Below, piece after piece: positions 41,157 to 50,969 of a DNA stretch of 64,000 nt. Below the pieces are notes generated by a model, which saw only the letters and a program-made list of their open reading frames with translations, had not been told where the DNA came from and did no database searches. Numbering within the stretch: position 1 is the stretch's first letter; each line of letters opens with the position of its first letter. A program made the position numbers and the translations under genes. Origin of the DNA: Candidatus Nomurabacteria bacterium GW2011_GWD2_36_14 (GTDB taxonomy: Bacteria > Patescibacteriota > Minisyncoccia > Phycocordibacterales > UBA9973); the NCBI GenBank assembly GCA_000991405.1, contig LBRL01000001.1:145547-209546 (forward strand), read 5' to 3'.

Positions 41157-41227
41157 TCTTTTGTTGTATTTATAATTTATTTCTAAAATATTAACAAGAA
41201 TATACCCACAAAACGTGGGCTTTTTTT
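41149..41227 (+). promoter_or_regulatory. Attenuator: antiterminator/terminator
   Basis: GTGGGTA (41149..55) can pair with TACCCAC (41203..09), competing with terminator CCCAC-aaaac-GTGGG plus T7 (41205..41227). Confidence 0.8.
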
Positions 41228-41342
41228 ATTTGTAACTTATTAAATTATGGAAAAATTTATTTTTAAACAACATTGTACTGAATTCTGGCGCAAATAACAT
41301 TGTGTTTATTGCTTATAAATTATTATTTTAAACTTAAATTAT

Positions 41343-42548
41343 ATGAAAAACAATATTAAATCATTAAAGAATTTACCAGATGAAAGTGGATATTATGGAA
41401 AATTTGGCGGAAGTTTCATACCTCCACAGCTAGTAGAGCCTCTTAAGGAAATAGAAAGAGAATATATAAAAGCAAAAAATGATCCTGATTTCCAGAAAGA
41501 ATATAGAGACTTACTTACAAATTATGTTGGGCGTCCTTCCCCTCTTTACTTTGCTAAAAATTTATCAACAAAGCTTGGTGGAGCAAAAATATATCTTAAG
41601 CGAGAAGATCTGAATCACACTGGTGCCCATAAAATAAATCATTGTCTTGGAGAAGTATTACTAGCAAAAAGAATGGGTAAGAATAAAGTTTTAGCAGAAA
41701 CTGGAGCAGGTCAGCATGGAGTGGCTCTAGCTACCGCTGCTGCCCTACTTGGTCTTGAGTGCGAAATACATATGGGTTCTATTGATATAGAAAAGGAACA
41801 TCCAAATGTAATCCGTATGAAATTACTAGGTGCTAAAGTTGTAGAAGTTACGTCAGGAGGTAAGTGTCTCAAGGATGCAGTTGATAGCGCTTTTGCAACA
41901 TTTATAAATGAATACAAGACAACATTCTTTGCTATAGGTTCAGTAGTGGGACCTCATCCATATCCTATGATAGTTAGAGATTTTCAATCTATTGTTGGCA
42001 AGGAAGCAAAAGAACAAATATTGAAACAGGAAGATAGATTACCAGATTATGTAATAGGCTGTGTTGGTGGTGGCTCTAATGCTATTGGATTATTTCATGA
42101 ATTTCTTGATGATGAAGTTAAACTTGTAGGTGTTGAACCAGCAGGTATCGGATCAGGAGTTGGTGAACATGCAGCTACTATTACTTATGGAACAGAGGGA
42201 GTCATACATGGTATGAAGACGATTGTATTACAAGATAAAAATGGAGAACCCAACAGTGTTCACTCCATTGCATCTGGATTAGACTATCCAGGAGTTGGCC
42301 CTATTCATGCTTATCTGAAAGATATTGGAAGAGTAGAATATACTAGAGCTTCTGATGATGAGACAATTAAGGCATTCTTAGAATTGTCTAAAGTTGAGGG
42401 AATTATTCCAGCTTTAGAAAGTGCTCATGCCATAGCTTATGTAATGAATCTAGCTCCAACTCTTAGTAAAGACAAAATTATTATCGTGAATCTTTCAGGT
42501 CGTGGAGATAAAGATATTGATTATGTAGCTAAGTTGTTAAAAATTTAA
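41343..42548 (+). CDS. trpB: Tryptophan synthase beta subunit (no trpA nearby)
   Basis: [52 protein letters not shown]. Confidence 0.98.
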   Translation: MKNNIKSLKNLPDESGYYGKFGGSFIPPQLVEPLKEIEREYIKAKNDPDFQKEYRDLLTNYVGRPSPLYFAKNLSTKLGGAKIYLKREDLNHTGAHKINHCLGEVLLAKRMGKNKVLAETGAGQHGVALATAAALLGLECEIHMGSIDIEKEHPNVIRMKLLGAKVVEVTSGGKCLKDAVDSAFATFINEYKTTFFAIGSVVGPHPYPMIVRDFQSIVGKEAKEQILKQEDRLPDYVIGCVGGGSNAIGLFHEFLDDEVKLVGVEPAGIGSGVGEHAATITYGTEGVIHGMKTIVLQDKNGEPNSVHSIASGLDYPGVGPIHAYLKDIGRVEYTRASDDETIKAFLELSKVEGIIPALESAHAIAYVMNLAPTLSKDKIIIVNLSGRGDKDIDYVAKLLKI

Positions 42549-42552
42549 TCCC

Positions 42553-42591
42553 AAAAATCTTCCCCTAGGCAAGGCCTAGGGGAAGATTTTT
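42553..42591. terminator. Bidirectional terminator (AGG-N5-CCT family)
   Basis: AAAAATCTTCCCCTAGG-caagg-CCTAGGGGAAGATTTTT between trpB and the kinase. Confidence 0.8.
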
Positions 42592-42607
42592 AATTTATAA
42601 TTCCTAA

Positions 42608-44248
42608 TTATTTAACCGCTCCAAGTTCCATGAAGAAGGTCGAGCCTTTGCCCATGCCTTCGGACTCAACGTATACACGGCCTCCATGAGCTTCTGAGAT
42701 CTCCTTGGTGAGGTACAAGCCCAAGCCCGTGCCGGAAGTGTTCATACGAGCACCTTCACCACGAGCAAACTTCTGGAACAGTGTAGCCTTGATCTCTGGA
42801 GTCATACCCATACCTGTATCCTTTACGGAGAACAAAACCTTGTCCCCCACTTTTTCGACTTTCACATTTATCTCCCCTGTCTTTGTGTATTTGATGGAGT
42901 TATCGACAAAGTTTATAACAACTTGGCGAATCTTGTCCTTGTCACCATTAACCATACAATCCTTCACACCTTCTGACAAGAAGTTCATTTTGAGACCCTT
43001 GCCTTCTGCAACAATGGAAAGTTCTTTGGTCACAGACTCTGCAACTTCATTCATATCAAATGGAGCCATATCATACTTCATGCCTCCCTGCTCAATCTTA
43101 GACACGTTCAGTAAGTCTTCCACAATTTTAGCCAAGTTCTGACTGGATTCATATATACGAGAGATAGCATCCTTGGCTTCCTTATTCACTTCACCATAGT
43201 CTCCATCCACAACCATGGAAGCATAACCCTTTATGGCTGTCAGTGGGCTTCGTAGCTGATGTGAAGCCAGCGACACGAATTCACTCTTCAATTTATCAAG
43301 TCCTTTCAACTTTTCATTGGCATTTTCTAGGTCGCTATTTGATTGCTCTAATTTCAATCTTAATACTTCTAATCTTTCACGTTGCCTTATTTCTTTTATA
43401 ACACTACGTATTAGATTTATACCAAAAACAAGGAACAAAAAGAATACACACCCTCTAAATATAATCATTAATAATGTTTCGGAAAATATAACTTCAACGA
43501 GTAGAACAACAGAAAGTATAAATACTAAAACTGCCGTTGCTGCAACTTTTATATTAAATAAATGTCGTTTTAAAATAGCCACAGCTGTAAATATTACAAA
43601 AGGAAATGTAAAAAGTGCTCCAAGGGGTATATATCGTGTATTATCAGACATTACAGGTAAAATAAGATTAAATAAAATTATTGATGTAAACATTATTAAT
43701 ACACCTACAACAATTAAATTTATTTGGGAACGTAGTTCATCTTTAGCTAAATTTAATTTTCTTAAAATTACCACAAATCCACTAATAACCAATGAGAGGG
43801 CTACAAAAATAAATATAAATATTCCTGAAGCTGGAACAGGATGTGACACAACATCCCCTGGAACTCTGGTAATTGAAGAAAATACATAAGGGGTTAATGT
43901 TAAAATAGCTGTAGCAAAAGCAATCGGAATGACCCCAATCTTAAACCATTTAGGAAATATTATGACTTCTTGAGGAAATACAAACATTAATGTAAAAAAA
44001 GACAAAGATTGAAGAACTGCAAAAAATATTACAAATCGAATAGTCCACAAAATTAATAAATCATTATTGATATTATAATTTAAATAATTAGTTACACCCC
44101 ATGCCAATGTAACCATCGAAAAAATAAAAAATATTTTATTCGTTAGACTTTTTCTATTACTAAAATAAACAACAAAACCAAGTAAGCCTGTTCCTGCAAC
44201 AGAAACACCTACCGTTAATAAATCTAAATTTATGCCTGATTGAAACAT
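42608..44248 (-). CDS. Sensor histidine kinase with N-terminal multi-TM (7TM-type) domain
   Basis: About 280 aa of TM helices, coiled coil, H-box ASHQLRSPL, N-box NFVDNSIKY, DTGMG, GTGLGL. Confidence 0.93.
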   Translation of the reverse strand: MFQSGINLDLLTVGVSVAGTGLLGFVVYFSNRKSLTNKIFFIFSMVTLAWGVTNYLNYNINNDLLILWTIRFVIFFAVLQSLSFFTLMFVFPQEVIIFPKWFKIGVIPIAFATAILTLTPYVFSSITRVPGDVVSHPVPASGIFIFIFVALSLVISGFVVILRKLNLAKDELRSQINLIVVGVLIMFTSIILFNLILPVMSDNTRYIPLGALFTFPFVIFTAVAILKRHLFNIKVAATAVLVFILSVVLLVEVIFSETLLMIIFRGCVFFLFLVFGINLIRSVIKEIRQRERLEVLRLKLEQSNSDLENANEKLKGLDKLKSEFVSLASHQLRSPLTAIKGYASMVVDGDYGEVNKEAKDAISRIYESSQNLAKIVEDLLNVSKIEQGGMKYDMAPFDMNEVAESVTKELSIVAEGKGLKMNFLSEGVKDCMVNGDKDKIRQVVINFVDNSIKYTKTGEINVKVEKVGDKVLFSVKDTGMGMTPEIKATLFQKFARGEGARMNTSGTGLGLYLTKEISEAHGGRVYVESEGMGKGSTFFMELGAVK

Positions 44249-45280
44249 TTATTTTTTAATTACACTATTAACTAATAATCTTGGACTATGATGTGGGTCT
44301 TTATTATTATAACCTATTCTAAATAAAAATTCTGGATAAAACTCAGTATTTAAGACTTTTTGTAATTCTTTATTCGATTCACTATAAACACTCACTGACC
44401 CCCATGGAGAAGTTTTTATGTCTTGAGATATAGCATTAAGAGCTATATTTTGATACATTCTTCCAATTATTAATTTATCTTTCTTAGTATTATTTTTTGA
44501 AGTTAATACAATAATTTCTGGAGTATACTTTGTGAATAGAGCAGTATTTTGTTTTTCACTAAACTTATCCATATTAAATAACTTAATGAGATTAGGTACT
44601 ATTAAGGATAATATACCAGGAATTTGCATACCAAAAGCAGGAATACCAACATAAGATTCGGTAAAATTATTCTTTACATGAGTTGATAATTCCCTTCTAA
44701 ACAAATAAGAACTCATTAATTGTATAGAAGCATAATTGGCAATCTTACCAATATCAGCAATAGTTTGAGAATCTTGTATAAGTACTACTTTATGATCTGT
44801 GGTTGAAAATTTTTGAATTTTTTCTAGAAATTCATCTGGGAGATTTCTCTGTTCATATTTACCACGATTAACAATACGTCTTTTAATTTGGTGTATTAAG
44901 TGACTAGAATCTATACTTTTCGAGTGGTCTTGTGTAAATTGTAATATTGCACATAGTTCTATTTGTGGATTTTCTTCATAAACAACACTAACTGTATATC
45001 CAAAATAATCAGCCGTAACAACAATATTTTCTACTGTACATCCTATACTCACATATGATAAGTCATCGTTAGGATCACCAACTGGTAGTACTCGTACTTT
45101 TGATTTAAAAACATTTATAGATAATTTCTCCACGTCAATTTGGAATTCCCATGGTTGAGAATTATGACTCGAAGGGGCAAGAATACCAAACCTTAAGAAA
45201 AAAAGGAGTTTATCGTAATCCGATTTCTGTTCTTCAAAATCAGTGACAGAAACTTTCCAAGCATCGTAGTTGTTTGCCAT
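44249..45280 (-). CDS. Nitroreductase-superfamily FMN oxidoreductase (Acg/TyzC-like)
   Basis: LAPSSHNSQPWEF, IGCTVEN, RRIVNR, LFRIGY, SPR. Confidence 0.85.
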   Translation of the reverse strand: MANNYDAWKVSVTDFEEQKSDYDKLLFFLRFGILAPSSHNSQPWEFQIDVEKLSINVFKSKVRVLPVGDPNDDLSYVSIGCTVENIVVTADYFGYTVSVVYEENPQIELCAILQFTQDHSKSIDSSHLIHQIKRRIVNRGKYEQRNLPDEFLEKIQKFSTTDHKVVLIQDSQTIADIGKIANYASIQLMSSYLFRRELSTHVKNNFTESYVGIPAFGMQIPGILSLIVPNLIKLFNMDKFSEKQNTALFTKYTPEIIVLTSKNNTKKDKLIIGRMYQNIALNAISQDIKTSPWGSVSVYSESNKELQKVLNTEFYPEFLFRIGYNNKDPHHSPRLLVNSVIKK

Positions 45281-45325
45281 ACAGTAGATATTATAGCATA
45301 AAATATAAACACATACGACAAAACA

Positions 45326-46843
45326 TTATTTTACCCATTGTTGCTTTCCGTTACCGCTAAAATATTTATGATGATGGTATGGCCAGCCAATAATTTTAGG
45401 ATAAACTTTTTTCCCCTCTAGAGAATATAGATAGGCATATTCAGAATTTCTCGAACGTAATTCTTCTACAATATAATCGGCAATTTGTTTTTTTAGCATA
45501 GGTGTCATAAAAACATTCTTTTTTAACTCAATATTTATCTCAAGGACTGAATTTAATGATTTATTTTCTTTCTTTAGAATAGTAGCTTTGCCTGTAATAA
45601 ATTTTGATAATTCTTTTCTATCAAGTGCTGTTCTAATTTCTTCTGAATAAATATTTGCTCCACGAAATACAATAACAAAATCACTTCGCGTAAATAGATA
45701 AACTATAGGCAAATTAAATACTTTGTTTGAAATACCAACTTTTTTCGCTTCGGTCAAAATATCTACTCCTACTGTCTTGCATTTTTCTAACAATTCTTTA
45801 AATGATATAACCCCACCTAAATCTGAAAAAGCATAGCGAACAAGGGGAACAGATGAACTATAGCTTGTAACAACAACTTCCCCGTTAACTTCTTCAAAAT
45901 ATGTTATATGTGGATAATATTGAGCTACTGTCGGCATAGAAATTGCATTTGGAAATAATACTTCAAATATTTTTTTATTTTTATTTGAAAGAGATCGAAT
46001 TAGTGCAGTAAGAGCGGTCTCGTGAGCAATAGTACCTTGTTCCACTGTACCATAAATATTTACAATATCAGTATATTTATTTCTAATTCCGGTCTTTTTG
46101 ATTAAATAGTTACGAAAGTTTTCTGAATACCCTTCCGCTGCTGTTAAAATGCGCATATTATATTCCTCCCAATTGATACCATGCTTTGGTCCATTATCAA
46201 TAATATCTTTTATGAATGGAGGGTAACCCATAATAACAGTATTATCATAAAATGGCATGAATTTTTTACATGAAGTTAAAAATAATTCCTTATTGGTACC
46301 AACTGGGATTATTGTTAATTTGTATCCTTTCTGTGAAAGTTTATTTAAATTTTTATAGGTAAAGACACCACCAATCCAAATACCTAAACCAAAACCTAAA
46401 ACACATAAGGTGGATTTATTCTTAGATAGACCAAACTGATTTACAAAAAATAACTCTAACGCATATTCATAATACGAATCATGCACCTCAGAACGAGGAA
46501 AATAAAAAGATTCTCCAGTAGATCCAGATGTCGCAGAAATTGTTGTTGCTTCATTTAAGGCATTCTTTGGAAAAAGTTGTTCATATGGTAGTTTACGTAA
46601 GTAATTATCTCTTCTAATAAGAGGTAAATTTTTAAAATCTTTAATATTATTTATAGGACTTTTTACATTATTCTTAATAAGAAAATGTGCATAAGCTGGT
46701 ACAGATTGTTTAGTAAAACGAAATATATCAAGAGCATTCTTTTCTCCTTGCAATTCAAGCCTTTGGGAATCAACCAACCTTAAATAATCAATTTCTTTCT
46801 TAATATTATCTGTATAGTGAAATGATAGAACCTTTTTCTTCAT
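45326..46843 (-). CDS. Phenylacetate-CoA ligase-like adenylating enzyme (PaaK family)
   Basis: VPAY, SATSGSTG P-loop, GYPPFIK, NIYGTVE, PLVRY..SDLG, GANIY. Confidence 0.85.
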   Translation of the reverse strand: MKKKVLSFHYTDNIKKEIDYLRLVDSQRLELQGEKNALDIFRFTKQSVPAYAHFLIKNNVKSPINNIKDFKNLPLIRRDNYLRKLPYEQLFPKNALNEATTISATSGSTGESFYFPRSEVHDSYYEYALELFFVNQFGLSKNKSTLCVLGFGLGIWIGGVFTYKNLNKLSQKGYKLTIIPVGTNKELFLTSCKKFMPFYDNTVIMGYPPFIKDIIDNGPKHGINWEEYNMRILTAAEGYSENFRNYLIKKTGIRNKYTDIVNIYGTVEQGTIAHETALTALIRSLSNKNKKIFEVLFPNAISMPTVAQYYPHITYFEEVNGEVVVTSYSSSVPLVRYAFSDLGGVISFKELLEKCKTVGVDILTEAKKVGISNKVFNLPIVYLFTRSDFVIVFRGANIYSEEIRTALDRKELSKFITGKATILKKENKSLNSVLEINIELKKNVFMTPMLKKQIADYIVEELRSRNSEYAYLYSLEGKKVYPKIIGWPYHHHKYFSGNGKQQWVK

Positions 46844-46857
46844 AAGAATTATAATTA

Positions 46858-47928
46858 CTATTTTTTATTGATAATCTTTTTAGCTAATTTGTCGGCGATT
46901 CTTTCGGGAGATATATTTTCCTTATCACTATTTTTAATTATCTCACTCATTATTTTTTGTATCTTCTTAACGTTATTTTTTATTCGAGTGTTGTTGATAC
47001 TTGAGTTTTTATATTCATCCACAACACTTATAAGTCCACCCGCATTGACTATATAGTCAGGTCCGTAGAATATACCCTTATCATACAATTTATCGGCTAT
47101 ATCTGCACTCTCTAGCTGATTGTTAGCAGAACCAATTATTATTTTACACTTGAAATCTTTAATGCTCTTTTTATTTAAAGTGTAATACAGAGCACATGGC
47201 ATATAGATATCAACTTTTTGTTTATGAATATTATCAACGTCTATGATCTTTACTTTAGGAAAAAGCTTTTTTATATAAGCTAATCTTTCCTTATTTGTAT
47301 CTGAAATATAAATACTTTTAGCCTCTTTGTATACAATCTTTAGAAATTCAGAGCCCACCTTACCAACTCCTTGAATAGCAAAGGTTCTGCCTTTCATATT
47401 CTTGGTTCCAAATATCTTTTGACAAGTTGTCTCAATAGCAAAGAATAGACCAAGGGCTGTGTACTTTTCTGGATTAGAAAAGTAGCCAACTAGATACTTA
47501 GTATCTTTCTTCATTGAATCTAGGTCAGCAACAGTCAAGCCAACATCTGTCCCAGTGATAAACTGCCCCTTAAGATTGTTAAGCAGAGTAGCGTATGACT
47601 TAAACAAAGCCTCTCTAGAGAACTTCCCCTTAGGCTTTATTAGAACTGCCTTTGCTCCCCCATAAGGAAGCCCAGCTAAGGCACTTTTATAAGACATTAG
47701 TTTGGAAAGCTTCAAGGCGTCCTTTAATGCCTCTTTATCTGAAGGATATTTCAACAATCTTGTTGCTCCAAATGAAGGTAGTGAGCCATTCTTTCGATGA
47801 ATGGCAATGTATCCATGTAATTTTGTTGCTGAATTATTCAACTGTAATACCAGAAAATGATTGTCAAATTCTGGTATTTGCTTTAAAGTTTTTTTAGTTA
47901 ACAACTTACTAGATTTAATTTTATTCAT
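46858..47928 (-). CDS. Leu/Phe/Val-type amino-acid dehydrogenase
   Basis: LSKLMSYKSALAGLPYGGAKAV, GTDVG, IQGVGKVG, GSANNQL, PDYIVNAGG. Confidence 0.92.
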   Translation of the reverse strand: MNKIKSSKLLTKKTLKQIPEFDNHFLVLQLNNSATKLHGYIAIHRKNGSLPSFGATRLLKYPSDKEALKDALKLSKLMSYKSALAGLPYGGAKAVLIKPKGKFSREALFKSYATLLNNLKGQFITGTDVGLTVADLDSMKKDTKYLVGYFSNPEKYTALGLFFAIETTCQKIFGTKNMKGRTFAIQGVGKVGSEFLKIVYKEAKSIYISDTNKERLAYIKKLFPKVKIIDVDNIHKQKVDIYMPCALYYTLNKKSIKDFKCKIIIGSANNQLESADIADKLYDKGIFYGPDYIVNAGGLISVVDEYKNSSINNTRIKNNVKKIQKIMSEIIKNSDKENISPERIADKLAKKIINKK

Positions 47929-48989
47929 ACAGAAAGAGTGTAATGTTTAGTTATGTATAACTTTTTATTGTTTTTAAGAATTTCTTTCACTGCGTATGTA
48001 ACGATAACTCCACCCAAAATTGCTGCACTTCCCAACTGAGACCAAGACACCAATTCTTTGTTAATAACTTTTTTAACTGACTTTATCATATTTGGATCAA
48101 CCTTATCTACTCCTCCGACAATATCGTTTACAATGAGACCACCAGCTTCTTCACGTGTTAACTTATTCTTCATAATATTATTCCAATACGATATATCTTT
48201 ATTGAAAATTTTATTATAACCCAAGTCATATCTCTCAATGTGAAGAACTACTCCATCCCCGTTGTCAGTTATCATCAATACAGGAATTTTATATTTTAAA
48301 GCTAATCTTCGAACTTCAATTTTAACTGGGAAATCATCAATCTCTTCAACAATACAATTCAGCTTTTTATTCTTTAATAAAAGTTCTAAATTTTTAGCAT
48401 TTACACCCTTTTTCATTAAAGTAACTTCCGCAAAAGGATTATCTTCATAAATGCGACGAGATGCAATGACGGTTTTATTTAAACCTATTTGATGAACACC
48501 TGCCAGAATTCTGTTTAAATTTGTTGTGTCTAAATTATCGAAATCAGCAATAGTTATAGAGTTCGATATGCCCGCTTGGGTGAGCACAAAGGCAATGTTA
48601 CTACCTACGCTCATGCCGAAGACCCCAATTTTAAAATTTGATAGCTTCTTCTGTTCCTCTTCTGTTATTAAGTCTCTGTTTCTATTGGTTTTAAGGGTTA
48701 AATAATCATTTTTTTTAACTGACTTAATCAGAGTATAATTCCAAGGATAATAAATGTGTATGAAATTATTCATATTTTCTTTTACAAAATCCAAGAAAGC
48801 TTTATCTTTATATACCTTCTTTTTATCTTCTCCTATGAACTTGTGATTCCTGATAAAAAATAATTCCTTCAACTGGTGCGAAAAAGCATCCACGTATGTT
48901 ACCTGTGAATTCTTCTTGAGAAGCTCTTTAACTTTTTTATAATCTTTAATTAATATCGGCTTATCTCCCAGGCTATCGCTTGTTTTCAT
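47925..48989 (-). CDS. ThiF-family adenylyltransferase, Rv1355c-like N-terminal half
   Basis: YYPW, KTNRNRDLITEEEQ, GVFGMSVG, ADFDNLDTTNLNRI, SWSQLG. Confidence 0.88.
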   Translation of the reverse strand: MKTSDSLGDKPILIKDYKKVKELLKKNSQVTYVDAFSHQLKELFFIRNHKFIGEDKKKVYKDKAFLDFVKENMNNFIHIYYPWNYTLIKSVKKNDYLTLKTNRNRDLITEEEQKKLSNFKIGVFGMSVGSNIAFVLTQAGISNSITIADFDNLDTTNLNRILAGVHQIGLNKTVIASRRIYEDNPFAEVTLMKKGVNAKNLELLLKNKKLNCIVEEIDDFPVKIEVRRLALKYKIPVLMITDNGDGVVLHIERYDLGYNKIFNKDISYWNNIMKNKLTREEAGGLIVNDIVGGVDKVDPNMIKSVKKVINKELVSWSQLGSAAILGGVIVTYAVKEILKNNKKLYITKHYTLSV

Positions 48990-49039
48990 ATATAAATAAA
49001 TTATACCATAAAGAATATTTTGTGTAAAAATATAGCGTA

Positions 49040-50086
49040 TTATGCTTCCTGCATTGTCATGCAGTGAATGGCTCCGCCACCGTAGATAATTTTCGAGCAG
49101 TCTATGCCTATTATCTTATGATTCGGAAATACAGACTGGATGATAGCTTGTGCCTTCTCATCATTCTTGTCATTGAAAACTGACATCAATACGACAGAGT
49201 TACTTATATAGAAATTCGTATAAGATACTGGAGCCTTTACACCATCGTCATAAGTCATGTGAGGCATAGGTAATTTAACAATTTTAAATTTATTACCATC
49301 TTTATCTAGCGCATTTTCTAGTATTTTGAAATTTGTATCAAGTATTGCAAAGTTTGGGTCACTTTCGTCATCTTCATAAGCACAAAGAATTGTATCTTCT
49401 GATACAAAGCGAGCTATTTCATCTATGTGTCCGTCTGTGTGGTCGTTTACCAAGCCCTCCTTCATCCAGACAATATTCTCTATTCCTAGATAATCTTTCA
49501 AATATTCTTCATACTTTTCTTTGCTCATGTCGCCATTTCTATTGGGATTTAGGAGACATTGTTCTGTCGTCATAAGAGTACCACGGCCATTACTTTCTAT
49601 TGCTCCACCTTCTAAGACTACCTCAGGTCGAAAGACTTCAGACTTCGATTTATTTATAATACTGTTGAAGACTTCATTGTCCTTCATAAGATCAGCAAAA
49701 TATGCATCATGACCTTTCCCATACGCAGTATAATTCCACTTCACAAAAGCTTTCTTGCCACTTTCTTTGTTTAATATTATTATCGGAGCGTAGTCTCTAG
49801 TCCAAACATCAGCATAATCCTCTTCAAAGAAAATAATGTTCTCCATATCGCATCCTGAATCTTGAAGTATCTTCTCTATTCTATTCTTCTCTTCACTTCT
49901 AACTATTAAGCTCACTTGCTCACTTCCTTCTAGCGCTTTGATAATTTCACAATAACTTTTCTCCACTTCGGGAATACTGTCTGGAAAGGTAGTATTGTCA
50001 TAAGGCCATGCAAGCCAAATAACTGAATGCTTTTCCCATTCTGCTGGCATACTGTAACCTAATTCTTTAGGAGTTTTTTGCATCAC
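49040..50086 (-). CDS. aguA: Agmatine deiminase
   Basis: MPAEWEKH, WTRD, LEGGAIE, DHTDGHID, SYTNFY, GGGAIHCMTMQ. Confidence 0.93.
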   Translation of the reverse strand: MMQKTPKELGYSMPAEWEKHSVIWLAWPYDNTTFPDSIPEVEKSYCEIIKALEGSEQVSLIVRSEEKNRIEKILQDSGCDMENIIFFEEDYADVWTRDYAPIIILNKESGKKAFVKWNYTAYGKGHDAYFADLMKDNEVFNSIINKSKSEVFRPEVVLEGGAIESNGRGTLMTTEQCLLNPNRNGDMSKEKYEEYLKDYLGIENIVWMKEGLVNDHTDGHIDEIARFVSEDTILCAYEDDESDPNFAILDTNFKILENALDKDGNKFKIVKLPMPHMTYDDGVKAPVSYTNFYISNSVVLMSVFNDKNDEKAQAIIQSVFPNHKIIGIDCSKIIYGGGAIHCMTMQEA

Positions 50087-50958
50087 TACTTTTTCTTAAT
50101 ATTTTTATCAACTATCAAATTATAAGTATCAGGTCTACGATTGCGCAAGAATCCCCAACTTTCTCCAATATATTCATTCATTGCCAAGTCAAGAGTAGCT
50201 ACCACTGCTTCATCTTTGCCTTTACTTGCTCTTTTGAGTATTTTACCAAATGCATCTGATACAAATGATTGACCCCAGAATAGAGATTGTCCTTCTGTAC
50301 CAGTCCTATTTACAGCTATGACAGGCAAACTGTTTGCAATAGCGTGACCACGCATGATGGTCTCCCAAGCATTGTGCCAGTCACCTTCTATTTGCTCCTC
50401 ACCTTTGATCGTGCCTATAGCGGTAGGATAGAATATCATCTCCGCACCTGATAACTTGGCCATGCGAGCGGCCTCAGGAAACCATTGGTCAAAACATATA
50501 AGTACAGCGAAAGTAATATCCTTGTGTTTGAAAAGTTGATAGCCATTGTCCCCTTCAGCAAAATAATCTTTTTCATAAAAAGATGGGTCGTGAGGAATAT
50601 GCAACTTTCTATAACTTGGTTGCACTTCACCTTTCTCATTCAAGACTACAACAGTATTAAATAATTTACCTGACTTAGATTTCTCATAAATAGGTAGAAT
50701 TATAGAACAGCCATACTTCTTGGAAATAGATCTGAAGGCTTCTGTAGAAATACCTGGAATAGTCTCTAGAAATGTTTCAACTTTTACTCCCTTTTTGTTT
50801 GGGAAGTACGGGGTCTTGTAAAGTTCCTGCAAGCAGATAATCTCTGCGTCCTTCTTGGCCACACTCTCTACCATCTTGAGAGTCTTCTTCAAGTTTAATT
50901 CTAAATTATTTGATACACTACTTTGTACCAAACCTACTTTTACTAATTTCTTTTTCAT
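50086..50958 (-). CDS. aguB: N-carbamoylputrescine amidase (nitrilase family)
   Basis: LQEL, YRKLHIP, YEKDYF, ICFDQWFPEAAR, YPTAIG, RNRRPD; adjacent to aguA. Confidence 0.9.
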   Translation of the reverse strand: MKKKLVKVGLVQSSVSNNLELNLKKTLKMVESVAKKDAEIICLQELYKTPYFPNKKGVKVETFLETIPGISTEAFRSISKKYGCSIILPIYEKSKSGKLFNTVVVLNEKGEVQPSYRKLHIPHDPSFYEKDYFAEGDNGYQLFKHKDITFAVLICFDQWFPEAARMAKLSGAEMIFYPTAIGTIKGEEQIEGDWHNAWETIMRGHAIANSLPVIAVNRTGTEGQSLFWGQSFVSDAFGKILKRASKGKDEAVVATLDLAMNEYIGESWGFLRNRRPDTYNLIVDKNIKKK

Positions 50959-50969
50959 ACCAATATTTA

